DNA of 63,811 nucleotides, the filler included, from Lenisia limosa (taxonomy: Eukaryota; Protista; Breviatea), in assembly GCA_001655205.1 (NCBI GenBank). It is 10 parts of 10 records of this genome, joined end to end, with 100 filler letters (N's around TTAATTAATTAA, not from the genome) between each part and the next. Parts side by side here need not be neighbours in the genome. Positions count along the whole stretch, not along the records: positions 41,869 to 43,841 come from LPNZ01002309.1; positions 43,942 to 47,815 come from LPNZ01005707.1; positions 47,916 to 49,255 come from LPNZ01005022.1; positions 49,356 to 58,049 come from LPNZ01003302.1; 6 more parts are not named here. The stretch is one strand, 5' to 3'. The stretch's first letter is position 1; every line of letters begins with the position of its first letter. The notes under the pieces are model-generated. The model was given only the letters and a program-made list of their open reading frames with translations, was not told where the DNA came from and made no database searches. Made by a program: the position numbers and the translations under genes. Of this stretch, positions 41,869 through 57,500 are shown one piece after another.

Positions 41869-43560
41869 ATGTCACCGATCTCCGCGAAGTCGGCAATCAA
41901 AAGTGTTATGCGTTCGTCAAACTCCGTCGGCTCCGGCCTCAATCGTCTCAACAAGCGCAAGGCCGCTCAGGTCTGTGTCCTAACGTTTTCTTCTAGTCGT
42001 GGTTCTCTTCTCTTTATGTTTGTATCTTAGTTTCTTTCCTTTCTCTTTTCTTTCTCTTTTCTTTCTCTTTTCTTTCTCTTTTCTTTCTCTTTTCTTTCTC
42101 TTTTCTTTTTCTTGCTTTCTCCTTTCTTTCTCTTTATTATTCTCTTATTTACTTCCTCTTTTTCTTTTCCTTTTTCCTTTATTTTTATTTTTCTGTTTCC
42201 TTTTCTCTCTGTGTCTTTCTGCCTATCTCCTTACCACCTTGTATCCTGGGCTGTGCTTAGGGCTTCACTTCGGTTCGAAAAGGACTGAATTGTCGATAAA
42301 TCTTCGAAAATTATCGATATTTTCCATGTCTTTTTTGAGCCGAAGTGAAGCCCTAGCTGTGCTTTCGTTTTCCCAGTGTTTTCACTTGGTAGAACGCGAA
42401 CCCTATATCACCGAAACGCTCAAGGTCCCTTATAGCCCCCCTTCAACAGTCCTCGCAGGAAGGTGGCTGGGCTAGTCTTTCATCAAAGAATCGTTTTAAC
42501 TAGGGCTTCCCTACGGTCTATAAAAGGACCGTTTAAACATCAATATTTATCAAGGATTTATCGAGAAATTCGGTCTTTTTTGGGACCATCGGGAATCCGT
42601 AGTTCTAACTTAAAAAAGCTCCTTGGTGAAAGTCAGTTGACAATGCTTTGGATCAACTGTCTTTTTAAAAGCTGCAATTAATGGATCATAGTGATCGCAA
42701 AGAGTCCTGACACGATTGAATAAAGAGAAAGCTCAATATCTGTGTCATCTCCAACTTTGTTAATTTGTTTTCTCAAAAAATTAGTTTCTCAAAACCATAA
42801 TATTTCAACCAATTCCATAAATTGATTGTAGTTGTTCCTGAATCCCCCCAACTCCCGCCCGTCCGCAAATGGTCTCATAAGGTTCGCAACGACTTTTCAC
42901 CTTTGAGGGTACTGTGTACGAAAAAGACGGAGAAGAATATGTCTTTTTGAGCACAAGTAAATTTCTTTTTTGAGCACAAGAATATTTCTTTTTTGAGCTG
43001 TTGTTTTTGAGCATCTTATTTGGTTCACAGAATCCTCGTCGCCCCCCGACCGCATACACTGATAAGAACCTTGCCTTTCTTCTATCCACTCCGGTTGCCT
43101 CCCCTTTTGCTCTCTTCGCTGACATCAACCAATGTAAGGATTGTGGGTCATATTTCTCTCTATTTTGGACTACTGTATAGACTTAAGAGCTTGGCTAAAT
43201 TTCAATGTATTGTTAATAATACCCATTTCATGTGATAAGTATGAGCATTAGGTTAAAAATTTGAGCAAAGATAATAATATGACCTTGTGGTCATGTAAGT
43301 AGGGCTCCACCTAGGGCTTCACTTCGGTTCGATAAAAGACTAAATTGCTGGATACTCCTCGAAAACTATCGATATTTCACCGTTCTTTTTCTAACCGAAG
43401 TGAAGCCCTAGCTCCACCCCGTCACAAAAAGATCTGTGAAAGATAGATAGTTTTCTTGAATTGAACATTTGCGAAAAGCTAATAATATAACCTTGTGCCT
43501 TGATAGCTGCTAACTTTTCAGGTTTCGATGCTGGTGTGACTAACACTGAAACAGGTTCGT
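41869..43560 (+). CDS. Unassigned multi-exon gene fragment
   Basis: Open GT-AG bounded segments (e.g. NPRRPPTAYTDKNLAFLLSTPVASPFALFADINQ); most introns carry a family A MITE. Confidence 0.35.
42258..42601. mobile_element. Two family A MITEs (42258-42355 and 42501-42601)
   Basis: Perfect TSD gctgtgct/gctgtgct; TSD gttttaac/gttctaac. Confidence 0.93.
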
Positions 43561-43733
43561 ACGGGGTGGGGACCATCAGCATTCTTTGGGAGAAAGGGGG
43601 GGAGAGGTTGCTCTATCTAATATGGGGGTGGGGATAGGCCTTCACTTCGGTTCGAAAAATACCGGTAAATATCGATAGTTTTCGAGGATTTATCGAGACA
43701 CTCAGTCTCATTTTGAACCGAAGTAAAGCCCTA
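43312..43733. mobile_element. Two family A MITEs (43312-43410 and 43635-43733)
   Basis: Perfect TSD gctccacc/gctccacc; TSD-like ggtgggga/cgtggggc. Confidence 0.93.
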
Positions 43734-44156
43734 CGTGGGGCGTGTTAATGTTTTCAAATACCGTGTGCATGTGCTATGTGGGGAGAGGGGGACTAAATTC
43801 TTGCCACTTGTCATATACTGTATGAGTGTGTGGGGAGGACGNNNNNNNNNNNNNNNNNNNNNNNNNNNNNNNNNNNNNNNNNNNNTTAATTAATTAANNN
43901 NNNNNNNNNNNNNNNNNNNNNNNNNNNNNNNNNNNNNNNNNGTGGCAGACAAGTCTCAAGACAAAACATCATCGTTCTTCATCCCTCTCTCGGATATTTG
44001 TGTTGTTGAGAAGGTGAATGGGAAGACTAAGGCGAGTAGTTGGTGAAAGGAGCCGATTATGATGGTTGAAGTGTCAGGATATTTACGTCTATATTCATGA
44101 TACGTATATCCTGAATAAAGCTGTAAATCGCATCGGTTTCTTCTCTTACTATACAG

Positions 44157-46546
44157 TGCGGGCCACCCGGAGAGGAATACAGTGTGTATAACGGGCTGTA
44201 CCAGGGTCAGCGCGTCACAGTCCAAGCCCTTCCCCTTGCCCATGGGCTTTCATCTACTCCAAGATCAGGATTGTGAGAGAGGGACTCTTTTGAATCACCC
44301 TTTTTGGTAGCTGTAGATTTTGTATCTTTTACATATGATGTGTACATATAATATAACTCTATAGTTTACTATATGATACGATATTATATAGTATAGTATT
44401 TGAAACTGTGATATTGTTAGTTTTTGCTATATCGATCATCATCATACTAGGGGGTTTAGTTGGAAATAGCCCATTATGCATAGAGTACACACCCTCTGTC
44501 TCACCCCGTAGTTTGAACACCGGTGCTGGTCCGGATAGAGCTTCGTCCCTCACTATTTCGAAGGTTTCTTTCTTGGTGGGGGTAAGGGTGCACTTTTAAT
44601 TCCCATAATACGCAGGATGGGGCAACAATAGTCTTGTTATTTTCTCACCGTTTTCAATATTCTGCTGACAGCATAGGACGTGGCGTCCAAGGCGACAGTT
44701 GCTGCCCGGCAGATCAAAAATGTTTCTCCCCACCACCTTTGCATCTATCAAGCCGGTTCCCTCGCAAATGTAAGAACGTTGCACTTGATGATAGATAACC
44801 TTTGATGATTGTTTTGTCTTTTTTTTATCGGCGTTTCACAATGCACCCCCTCCTCTCAGAACCAAGTATTCCTCATAACAGACCACTACCCTCTGGGAGA
44901 CCTGAGTTCAGCCCTTTCAAACCCCACTCAACCCTTCCCCAAAGACATAATTGTAAGCTCTGAATTACTCTCACAAGAACAAGATCGGAGGACTCAATCT
45001 CATTTATTCTGTTTTTTATAAATCTTATCATTTGTTATTCGTTTTCCAGATAAATCAGTGACATCGTGAATCTAACATTCTAGCTTAAAACCGCGCTCTC
45101 CATCGCACGCGGCCTCATGGCCCTCCATCGCAACGGCTTGGTTCACCAGAATCTGAATCCAGCATGTATCATGCTCACCGGGGAAGGAACCTGTGACCTT
45201 GCCGACTACTGCCTTGCACAGCACACCAAGTCGGTATCAACATTCTTCAGTGCTCCTGAGGTACAAAGGGGGGGGGGGGTATNNNNNNNNNNNNNNNNNN
45301 NNNNNNNNNNNNNNNNNNNNNNNNNNNNNNNNNNNTATAATTCAAAGTGTATTATGTTTAAAGCTTTACTTTTGTTCAAAAAAAAGACTGAATTTCTCAA
45401 TAAATATTCGAAAACTATCGATATTTTCCCGATCTTTTCTGAAGTGAAGCCCCCTTAATTATGGTGAGGCGATCCCCTACTCTGAGAAACAAAAATTGAG
45501 ATTAACTTTCACAGGTACTTCTTGGGGAAGACTTCTCCCCTCAGTCCGACGTGTACAGTCTTGGCCTTGTGATGCATGTGATGGCCTCCCGAGCTCACCC
45601 CTTCATAAAGGAAGCAAGAGCCAAAGGAATCAACCATGTTCTCAGTCTTCAAGTATGCGGAAATAGAACTTCAATCTCATCTCATGGTAAAATCGATCGT
45701 TTTTTGTGGCTTTTTCGCCAGGATCATGTAGTGAGCTGGCTCTACGATGATGAGTTGGGGCTATAGTCGAAATCAGCGAAATTTTTGAAAGGAAAAAATA
45801 ATATAAATCAGCGATATTTTATTTTTTTTGAAAGCGGATTTTTGAAAGGACAAGAAAAGTATTTATCGAAATACATTCAGTAAACAAAAGATAATACACA
45901 GCGGCAGCGGAAATTTTCGATATTTCTGAAAAAAACTTGCATCGGAAATGAAATAGGTGGTTTAGTTTTCGGCTACGGTCATACTCTGGGGGTCATCGCG
46001 CATCCCGTCCGCTCTGCGAACGCAAGCCCCAGCAGGCCTTGGTAGTACTGACGTCGGAGACGAGTCGGGAAGGCAGGGTACTGTAGTTTTTTTTCTTTTT
46101 TTCTTTTCTTTTTTTCTTTTCTTTTTCTTTTATCTCTATTTTTCTCTTTTTCTTCCCCTTTTGTGTATTTTCCTTTTTATTCTTCCTCCAGTGTTGCGGC
46201 AGATTGGGTCCTCCAAGCCTCCCAGATCAACTTGAACCAAGTTGGCGGAGTTTTTCAATTCACAATTGCTGTTTTACTTTAGTTTTTTAACAATAGATAT
46301 GTGGAAATAATTTACACTATCCCCAACACTGATGCTGCTAATATTACCATTTTTGTCATGCATTTCTGTCAATTTTATTCATCAAACTTCCTTCGTTCAC
46401 CCTCACATTGCAAAATTTTATTCTCAACATTCCCATCATCACCCCGCTCCCCAGCAATCGGATACAGCCAACTTATCCACGAATGTACCACACCTGACCC
46501 CAAACGTCGTCCTCCTCTTTGCGAAGTTATTGACCGCCTCAATGCG
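44157..46546 (+). CDS. Protein kinase-like (TKL-type fold), probable pseudokinase; gene likely continues to ~47700
   Basis: VYNGLYQGQRVTVQAL; LITDHYPLGDL; IARGLMALHRNGLVHQNLNPACIML; LADYCLA; FSAPE; SDVYSLG; LIHECTTPDPKRRP. Confidence 0.82.
45358..45455. mobile_element. Family A MITE in a kinase intron (a further degenerate copy lies at ~46566-46650)
   Basis: aaaaagactgaatttctcaataaatattcgaaaactatcgatatttt...gaagtgaagccc. Confidence 0.82.
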
Positions 46547-48485
46547 GTGGGCCGTGGTAGTGCGACTGGGCATTCCCTACGGTCCAAAATGACCGTGAAA
46601 ATATGTCAGTATTTTGCGTGGAATTATCGAGAAAATCACCATATGAAGGCCGGATATGATTGCTTCTGTCATCTTTTATCTGCTCGTTTAGTGCGGAGTG
46701 TCTACTTTCTGAAATATGTATTTCGAGATGTTATATTTATCATATACTACTATACACAAATTGAATACACAACTCATGATCCCAAAACACCAGAAATGAC
46801 TCTGTCTTCTCACCCAGCAGTTATCCCAAAACGATGACAGTCTTACGATCAATAAACCGCCGACTATTGAACCTGAGTCAACGTGTATCACAAGACTGTT
46901 CCCCGAGGGTGCTATAAAATCTATTGTTGAGGTGGGTCTGCCCACAGCAACTCACAGTTGTGTTTTTCGGGGAAGGTTTTTTCCACGGTTTTACGCTATA
47001 TTGTTATATGTTTTCATACCACAACTACCTTTTTTATCACATTACAGAATCAAATCGTTAACACGGCTCTATTCCCGTCTTCCACTATTCTATGCTGTGT
47101 ATGCGGCAGGGACTTTGTCGGAAGTAGTAGATAAGCATGTTAAATACCGTTTGTTCTTATAGAACACTCGTATAAAGTACCAATATGACATTTGACGAGA
47201 TTTGTGACTCCCTTAGGAAGTGTCAGGGGCGGAAATGCTAGAAGAGCTACTTTCCCCATCCCAATTCATTGACCTGTCAAACAGAGTTCGACACATGTTT
47301 GAGAACAATGCACATTTGGGAGGGCTCGTAGCCCTTGATTCTTCATCTTTATGCGTTTGGGGGGGGGGGTAAATATGACTTTTCCAAACGATCATATATT
47401 CCACCCAAACGGTATTATGAGTGGGATTGTTGCAATAAATGCCCTTACCGTTTAGTTCGTTGCTGCAAGTGGGATACCTGAACCCTCACCGAGCCACGCA
47501 GCGCAGGTGATAGGAGTATTATATGGAATAGATACTGTTGGAGTAAACAACACGGCGAGTATTATTTTGTTCGGCTCAAGGATAATCCGTTCCAAAAAAT
47601 AGTTTACCCTTACCAATTAAGGCTTGTCACGCGGCTCTCTCACTAGTCTCAGCCCTGTCATGTGTGCCCATTGATCCATCTCTACCCTCAGGTGAGGCTG
47701 GTCAATTTTTGCATTCCGTGGTTTGATCTTGTAATAACCCAAGATTTCAGTTCTCTCTCTTCTCTTACCTCATCCTATTTTTAATCGTTATGGTGTCGTG
47801 TTTGTGTGTTTTTTTNNNNNNNNNNNNNNNNNNNNNNNNNNNNNNNNNNNNNNNNNNNNTTAATTAATTAANNNNNNNNNNNNNNNNNNNNNNNNNNNNN
47901 NNNNNNNNNNNNNNNAGGCTACCAGCCTCGCCGGCGTGGAGAGCTCCGGTTTCGGCATGCCACGTGTCACATCCCTCTGATCTGTGATCGTTAATAATGG
48001 TTTTGTTGATTTAATAAAGGAACTGGTGATTTTTATGTTCTTAATAAAGGTATTACTGATGGAAAGGTACTATTGATAGTTAAGAATATGAATAAAGGTA
48101 TGATTGTTGGGATTAAACACGCCATGTGTCTAACCCCTCCAATATATTATCGTTGAAGGTACATACAAAATATAAGGTAACAACCCCCCCCCCCCNNNNN
48201 NNNNNNNNNNNNNNNNNNNNNNNNNNNNNNNNNNNNNNNNNNNNNNNNNNNNNNNNNNNNNNNNNNNNNNNNNNNNNNNNNNNNNNNNNNNNNNNNNNNN
48301 NNNNNNNNNNNNNNNNNNNNNNNNNNNNNACAAGGGATTCGCCCCCTCCAATACTGGGAAATGAGTAAGACGTTACAATTTAATTGAAAGCAGTATTTAT
48401 GATGAACAAAAATAATAACATACTATTAATTAATATTAATATTCTTACTAATTGCCCAGAGCTGTAATTTTGAGTATACTGCAAG

Positions 48486-48967
48486 TAGGGCTTCATTTCG
48501 GTTCGGAAAAAGAGTCACGAAAAAACCTCGAAAACTATCGATATTTTTCTGGACTTTTTGAACTGAAGTGAAGCCCAAACTGCAAGACACCCTCACACCT
48601 ATAAGTACCGGCAGGAGTATTCATGCATTTCTCGTCTTTCGCGTCTTCAACTAGAGGGGAATACTGACCAGCGGGACAAGTTAAGCCTGGGAGGGGGGGA
48701 GTAAAACGAAGGAAATTTCGGTGAAGAATATTGGCGTAAAGGTACTAATCACGAACCGAATAATCTGAAACGCTAAACAAAATAAAAAACAAAAAAAAAA
48801 CAATAGTATGAATAAAAGAGCCAAATATTAAGTAAAAGACAAGAACTCTGATTTTGAGTGTTATGATAGTGCTAAACTTCGGTTCGAAAAAAAAAACTGA
48901 CCTTATCGATAAACCCTAGAAACCTATCGATATTTAACCGGTCTTATCGGTACGTAGTAAAGCCCTA
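48486..48967. mobile_element. Two family A MITEs (48486-48578 and 48867-48967)
   Basis: Perfect TSD actgcaag/actgcaag for the first copy; the second has mixed arm types. Confidence 0.9.
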
Positions 48968-49355
48968 GTTATAATAATTCGAAATGTTGTACCCTGCTCT
49001 TACCCCCCACCAGAGGAGCAAGGGAGGGTCGTGTCTTCTGGAAGAGCCACCCCTGAGTGGCAAAGTTTCGGGGAAGTTTTCCAGGAATAAGTGACAGGAC
49101 GTTCGTTCTTGGCCGTGTCACAACTACGGGGGATGAAACTGGAAAATATATCATCTGAAACAAGCAATAAAAAACCCAGAATCAGATCTGTTGGCAAGCA
49201 TTGGGAAACACACGAGGGTTGAAAATAACAAAACAGACAAAGCCCAGGCCAGTCGNNNNNNNNNNNNNNNNNNNNNNNNNNNNNNNNNNNNNNNNNNNNT
49301 TAATTAATTAANNNNNNNNNNNNNNNNNNNNNNNNNNNNNNNNNNNNNNNNNNNN

Positions 49356-50960
49356 TAAACACTCAAGTTACAGAGAGGACCACCGCGCACCACAGCAAAA
49401 CGGGTACAGCCGGCCTCAAGGATCTTCTCGATCCAATCATGCATCTCATCCTTGGAGGCAGCTGGGAGGGGGGGGGAGTAAGTTATTGAACAATAGAACA
49501 AGGCTGTATCTGACCTATTCCGTCCACACCGTCACGCATAGATTATAGTATATTAATTCACCCAATCATCAGTACATTCAATAGCGAATCACAACTCTAT
49601 CGGAAAATATACAATAAATAAAAATAAATATCGTGGAGAAGGAAAGCGACAAATATAATAAAAAAAAAAGTTGAACGGTAACAAGTCCTATAATCATTTG
49701 TGAGAGACCCCACCTTGAAGGAAATAAACGCGGTTGTTGGATGTCACCGTGAACAGTCCTAAGAAATGAAAACAAAGCATGGGCGTTTGGTTACATGTGT
49801 CAGTTAAATAAAAGAACACGGATTATTTGTGAATGAGAAATTCATCTCCATACCAGGAAGGGTTCTCATGCCCTCTTGATTCTGGAGTTGGAAGCGCAGG
49901 AGACTGATGGTACCACGAGGCTGAGTGGGTGAGGGGGTTGAAACAAAACCAATTTCCCTCGGTTGTGGTATGAGCTTCGTCCCAGAACAAAAGACAACAT
50001 AACGTCCATGCAACCTTAGCGTCATCCTTGTTGGCGTAGTAGTCAAGACGGGACTTTCTGAGTACAAAGAAACGACGCTTAAAGGCCTAAAGAGCATTAA
50101 AACGGTGTCTACCTTCAGGGTCAAGATTTGAACAATACGGGAGCTATCGAGACGGATATTGAATACAGCCTACTCGTCTGTTGTCACCTTCCTTGAGAAG
50201 GAAGCCTTCCTTAAACACGCGGCCATCATCACTCTCATCTTCAGGAATGCTACAAAGAGTGAATTGGAGATGGGGGGTCGAGTAGAATATTTACTATTGA
50301 AATCTGTTGTCCTCTTATCCAACAATATATTCAAAAAAGGGATTCACTGCTTACGCCTGAGCTGCAGTGAGCCTGGCCTTTTCAAGGATTTCAACCCAAT
50401 TTGACCTGTCTTCTTCATTCTCAGCATCGCACACAAAGACTCTAGATGAGTCAGCAAGGTTTGAAAAAAAAAACATGACTCTCAAAAACACACCTGTCAG
50501 CCGTGACAATCTCGAAGGAAAAATTCTTCTTGTACTAAGGTTGTTAGAACGGGTTCAAGCGCGAAGTGAATATACACATGATACGAGAGGGACAGAAATT
50601 GAGAGGATCTTAGCTGTGATGAAGAGTAATCGTAGCGGACCAGATTGATCCTTTTACATTGCTAGCATTCTTCTGCATCATACCTTCTCTGAAGGGCAGA
50701 CTACAACGGAAGAAACGTCGGCCAAAGAGATAGTGTTTTGAATTTTGGAGTTAGCTGCGCGGTTAAACAATTATTAGAAGATTTATAAACAACGAATTAA
50801 TGTTTCCTACTTGGCTTTTTCATATAAACAATTGAACCATTTTGAAGAACAAAGTACCTCTTTTGCCAGGTTTTGGCCCTAGATCCAGACTAGAGTGTGA
50901 AAATATGGTTCATGATAGGCTAACCAGTTTGACAAGCCATCCTTCTTTGTCAGCATCCAT
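49356..50960 (-). CDS. Tandem PH-domain protein (partial)
   Basis: PH1: MDADKEGWLVKL / KTWQKRYFVLQN / AENEEDRSNWVEIL. PH2: KEGFLLKEGDNRR / QPRGTISL / FTVTSNNRVYFLQ / ASKDEMHDWIEKIL. Confidence 0.82.
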
Positions 50961-51199
50961 GTTTGGAGAAATTTAGAAATACTACTATATAGAGCTAGCC
51001 TATTATCGATATACAAACGCCGAGAATAAACCCCTTAGTCCCTACAGCTCCAAATAATCATGAAAATCATGACTTATATACCGGGACGGGATGGCCAATC
51101 GATATATTTCGAAAGAATTTGAAAAATATTTGAATATTTAAAGAAAATTCGGATTTTTTTGTTCGTCTCATTGGAATTTAATTGATAAGATTAGTTGCA

Positions 51200-53125
<1,926 letters not shown>

Positions 53126-53263
53126 GATTGATATTTCTGTTTTCTTATTTATTTGGGGGTTATGTACATCTTATTGAAAGTACAAACAGAAGAGTGTTTT
53201 TAATAATAGGCATTTATTAAATAATCCAATTGTGTATTCACCAAGAACATATTCATTCTTAAT

Positions 53264-54246
53264 TTAATGTTTGGGGGACTTCTTTGAGACAGCGGCCTCA
53301 GCACGGTTGGCGAGAATGTAGCGAAGACCGAAAGCGGCGGCAACAAGGGTGGCGACAGCAGCAGAAGCCATCATAGCATAGTCCTTCTGGAGAGGGGTAA
53401 GACGTTTTCATTTCATCACCCCCTTTATACATAGTTATATATGCTTGTTGATTGTGCTTACGATAGAGAAGGCCATGTGCTCAACGTAAGCCTCCATGGG
53501 GAAAACATTAAGATAGGGGAGTGTGCTAGATGCGGCAGTAACCTCCTTTCCTTCAGCAGATGGCTTGTAGGTCACGGTAGCGGGGGGGAAGGCACGGGGT
53601 CCTGAGAAATCAGAAATGATTCAGCCGTCTGGTTTTGTCGATAAGCAACAACATTATCAGAAAGTCGACTTAGCCTGATTGTGTATGTTTCATGTATTAA
53701 TTAACTTAACTAACAAATAATTCCCAACAAACCAGCAACAATAGGCTTGAAGGTGCAAGTGAGGGTGACATTGGAACCAGCAGGAATGGTATCCCAAGCA
53801 GCCTGAAGTGGTGTAAGAAGGAAACCTGGGAAATGGTATTTCTTTACCTCAGGCTCGTTGTCAAGGCGTTCAAAGGCATCCTCAGGGAAAGAGGAGTCAA
53901 GAAGGGCAACATCAAAAGCATCACTAATAAAAGTCAAGACTGTAGTTTCAAAGGCGTCCAAGTATTCTCAGTAGCAAGCAATTTTATAATTCTATCCACC
54001 CAAGGCATACTCAGTACCAACATTGAAGACTTCGTATTGTACAACAAGATCCATGTCAACAACAATGTACTGTGACTTGATCCTAAATGGTGTATAGTGA
54101 GTTTTAACTTCGCATAGCATCTTTAATAAAAGATAGAAAAAAAGATATCATTCTCACTTCTTAGAAATGGCAAGAACAGCACGATCTTCAGCAAATGAAG
54201 AAACGGCAAGGGTAACAAGCAGCAACAGAGCAAAGAGGAACTTCAT
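53264..54246 (-). CDS. SSR2: Translocon-associated protein beta (TRAP-beta)
   Basis: Signal peptide MKFLFALLLLVTLAVSSFA; DLVVQYEVFNVG; AFDVALLDSSF; WDTIPAGSNVT; ATVTY; C-terminal TM and basic tail. Confidence 0.85.
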
Positions 54247-54509
54247 CTAAAAAAGTGAATTAGAATAATAAACTACCACATCATTTCATCTAAATAAGTA
54301 TCGATAATACACGGCAACATACCTTGTAAGGACTCGGAAGGGCGATTTTGGAAAAAAAAATCAAATAAAGGGGGAATTTCGTGAATTGATGGTGGATGGA
54401 CATAATTTTAATACAACTACAATAAAAGTGATAGAGATATTGATACACTTTGTTATAATGGATTATCAGGTTAGATTTAAATTTTTTGGAAACCATTCTG
54501 TGTTTAAGA

Positions 54510-57500
54510 ATGGTCAATATCCAAGACGAAAAGATGGTCGATGACATCATCATGGAGACTGTCAATTTACCCTACCTCTTAGCCAAATTCGGGTAAGAAT
54601 GAAAAGTGGTACATTATTTGAATTGTAATATTACACTTTATTATCATTTAAGGCTTCCCCTTGTTATTTGTGCCGCGCCATTTATTGTTTGTCATTCAAT
54701 AGGAGCAAGTTGGAGATGCTCGCGAACGAGAACAGAAGATTGATGAGTGAAAAGAATGAAAATGGACAGCTTCTGAAGGCATTGAAGGAAGAAAGCGGCA
54801 AAAAGTAGGGAGTCACTATTTGGGATGGGAATCAGGTGATGATTTTGAGATATTTTAAATGTTAAGATTCCCGGACCGGTGCTAAGGGACCGGATAACTG
54901 GTTGAACTATTTTGAGGTGTAATAGGCCTCTATGTAATATATATCGTGTTTTATTACTATATTAAACATGTCTGTCATCATTGTTTTCTTAAAAGTCGAT
55001 GGAATTTACCTTGAGGTAAAAGAATTTGTCGGTATGTTGTGTGAGTGTTTCATTCCACTATTGATGGACTTTTATTGGTAATTATTTACTCTGATAGTAA
55101 GATAAGAAGAAGTGACGACAAACGTCAGCTAGAGGAAGAAATGAAGACACTAAGGAGCAGCATCGAACAATATGAACAGAAGGTGTGATTTTTTTCAGTG
55201 ACTCATCCTTTTTTAGTTGCATGATGAAAAGGAAGGACATCAAAGCGCGATTACTTTGCTGCTCAAAAAAGAAGAAGCACTTGCTGAGGAACTCTTAGCG
55301 GCCAAGAGAAGTCTATCACTCGCAAAAGTTTGATACTGATATTATTTAACAGTATATAGGTACAAGAGAATGAGGACAAAGCAATCATTGAAGAAAAAGG
55401 CCGGATTGCGTCAGCGGCAGAAGAAAAACTCAACTGTGTTCAAAGTCTCGTGGAAGAAGTTGAAGGAGAATTCAAATCTCTTCAGAATCAAGTTGTTTAT
55501 TTATTCCCAAAATGTGGTGACCATTTTAGATTACACAGGTTGAGGATAAAATTTCCCACCATGAAACTGAGCAATCAACTCTCAGAAAATATCACATTTC
55601 CTTGTTAACAACAATTCGCGATGCGGAAGGTGTGGGGAACACAATTTAGTTATGCTTTCTCTCTTCTCATTGATTAGTTATTTTCTTCTGGACAGTTCTA
55701 ATTCCCTTTTAGACTGCATTGTTTTACAGAAGTCTAAGCTCAATTCTCTTCGGACCGAACAAACTGAAGGCAACAATGTTGTATGAATGGGAATTTCTGA
55801 CGAATGAAATGCTTCTGGAAACGCAATCAGCAGCAATCTTCCAAGGTCACCTTACAGGTTCAAGAAGTCAACCAGAAATGCGAAAGTCTCCGACTGGAAA
55901 TTGTCAACCTTCGAGCACTCCTGTCAATGGTATGTGAAATTTTGACTTTGGATCTGAAGCTTTAATCTTTTAACTTACCAGGAACGGAAACTTCATGGAT
56001 CAGCCAAAGTATCAGAGAATATGCAGGTAAGTTAAACAATAACCAATTTTGGTTAATACTAACATTTTAGGACAAGAAGGTTTCAGAAGTGGAAGAGATT
56101 TTAAGCCTCCACAACCGAATTGAGACCCTTGAACAGAAAAACTTCAATTTAGAGACCGACCTTACCAACCTCAAGTCTGTGCTCTTAAATGTGGGTGAAG
56201 GCATTTTCAACATTCAACCAACTGTTACCCCAGTTTTGAAATTACATTGATATCAACTTGTTTGTTGCAGTCCATGTTTACACCACATAGAACTCTCTGG
56301 AACTGCCTAAGGACCTTCTCACGGCAACAGACCAATCTGACATTGTCAACACAGATATGGTTGAAGATCTGGCTAAGAAGCTGAACCTAAATAAAACGTA
56401 GGTAACTGGCAAGCATTAACTTGCTTATATATTTTTGTAATCTAATTTCATTAGATACGAAGCGTCAGTTACCGAAGGCTACTTGGCTTCGAGGTATGAA
56501 AAATAAATGACGAAATAGATGTCAGCTTGTTGTACATTTGGGGTTATGACTCTCTGTAGAACAAGGGATATGGTCATCACTGCTGAGGCCGAAAAAACTA
56601 AAGAAGAAAAGGTGGGGTGGTCTTGAACTTTGTTAGTTCTCTCTAGCTTGCTGAGACATCAACTGCATCATTTTCACGTCTGAGAATAAATTTTATTATT
56701 ATTTTTCAGGAGCCCCAAAAGATTGAAGAGAAAAAGAGCGAAAAGGTTGAGATACTGAAGCAAGCAATTCCGCGCCTTACATTTGCCAATTCGCCATCTG
56801 AGTCCCCTTCAGCTGCTGTAAGTGTCACAATGGGACCTTTTTGTTGTAATGCCCCAATATGCAAATTTGAACTGGACACATACGTGTAAACGTACATAAC
56901 AGTGGCGTTTGAGAATGTGAAATAATTCATTCAGAGTAAGAAGCCCCAAAGTGCACTCCTTGCCTTGGTGAAATCAAAGCACAAACAGGAGGTGTCCCAA
57001 AGTCAAGGTATTATAGCTCTATTTTGAAGCCTTTTTTATTTTTATTTTTTAATTTTCTTACAAATCAGAAATAGCTGAAGAACCTGTGATTGAAGCCCAT
57101 TGTAGCCCCTGCATCACTCTTGACTTGTCTGTGGAATCTGGATTGGTGCAACTTTTTTTGTTTCTCCTTATTGGTTCACTATGGCTGGATTTTGTTCTAA
57201 CATTCCAGGGAGGCGCAACCTGAAACAGAGCCTGTCGGAAAGGAGATTCTCAAGCGCCCTCGTGAAATTGGTGGGAAGGTTAACATGTGAGTCTGCCATT
57301 TCTCATTTGATATGTACGTACTTTTATAACGTCGTAGATTCAGCTCAAAGTCCCGAGTCTCCACAGTTAAAGAAACCATCAAAACGGCTCCCTTCTCCTC
57401 TCAAAGTGGGCTGCTATTCATTTTTTATCAGAATCTATTGTAACATGTTATGATACTTGTTTGATACGTGATTCTGATGATTCCAGAGTAAGCAGGAAGT

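Noticed and set aside
41999-42240. Phe/Leu/Ser-rich 'membrane protein' ORF (similar ones at 41279 and 46085)
   Set aside because: CT-rich low-complexity intron sequence.
40307-43733. Regularly spaced palindromic repeats resembling a CRISPR array or REP elements
   Set aside because: Spacing is irregular, units are ~100 bp with individual TSDs, they lie in spliceosomal introns, and no cas genes are present.
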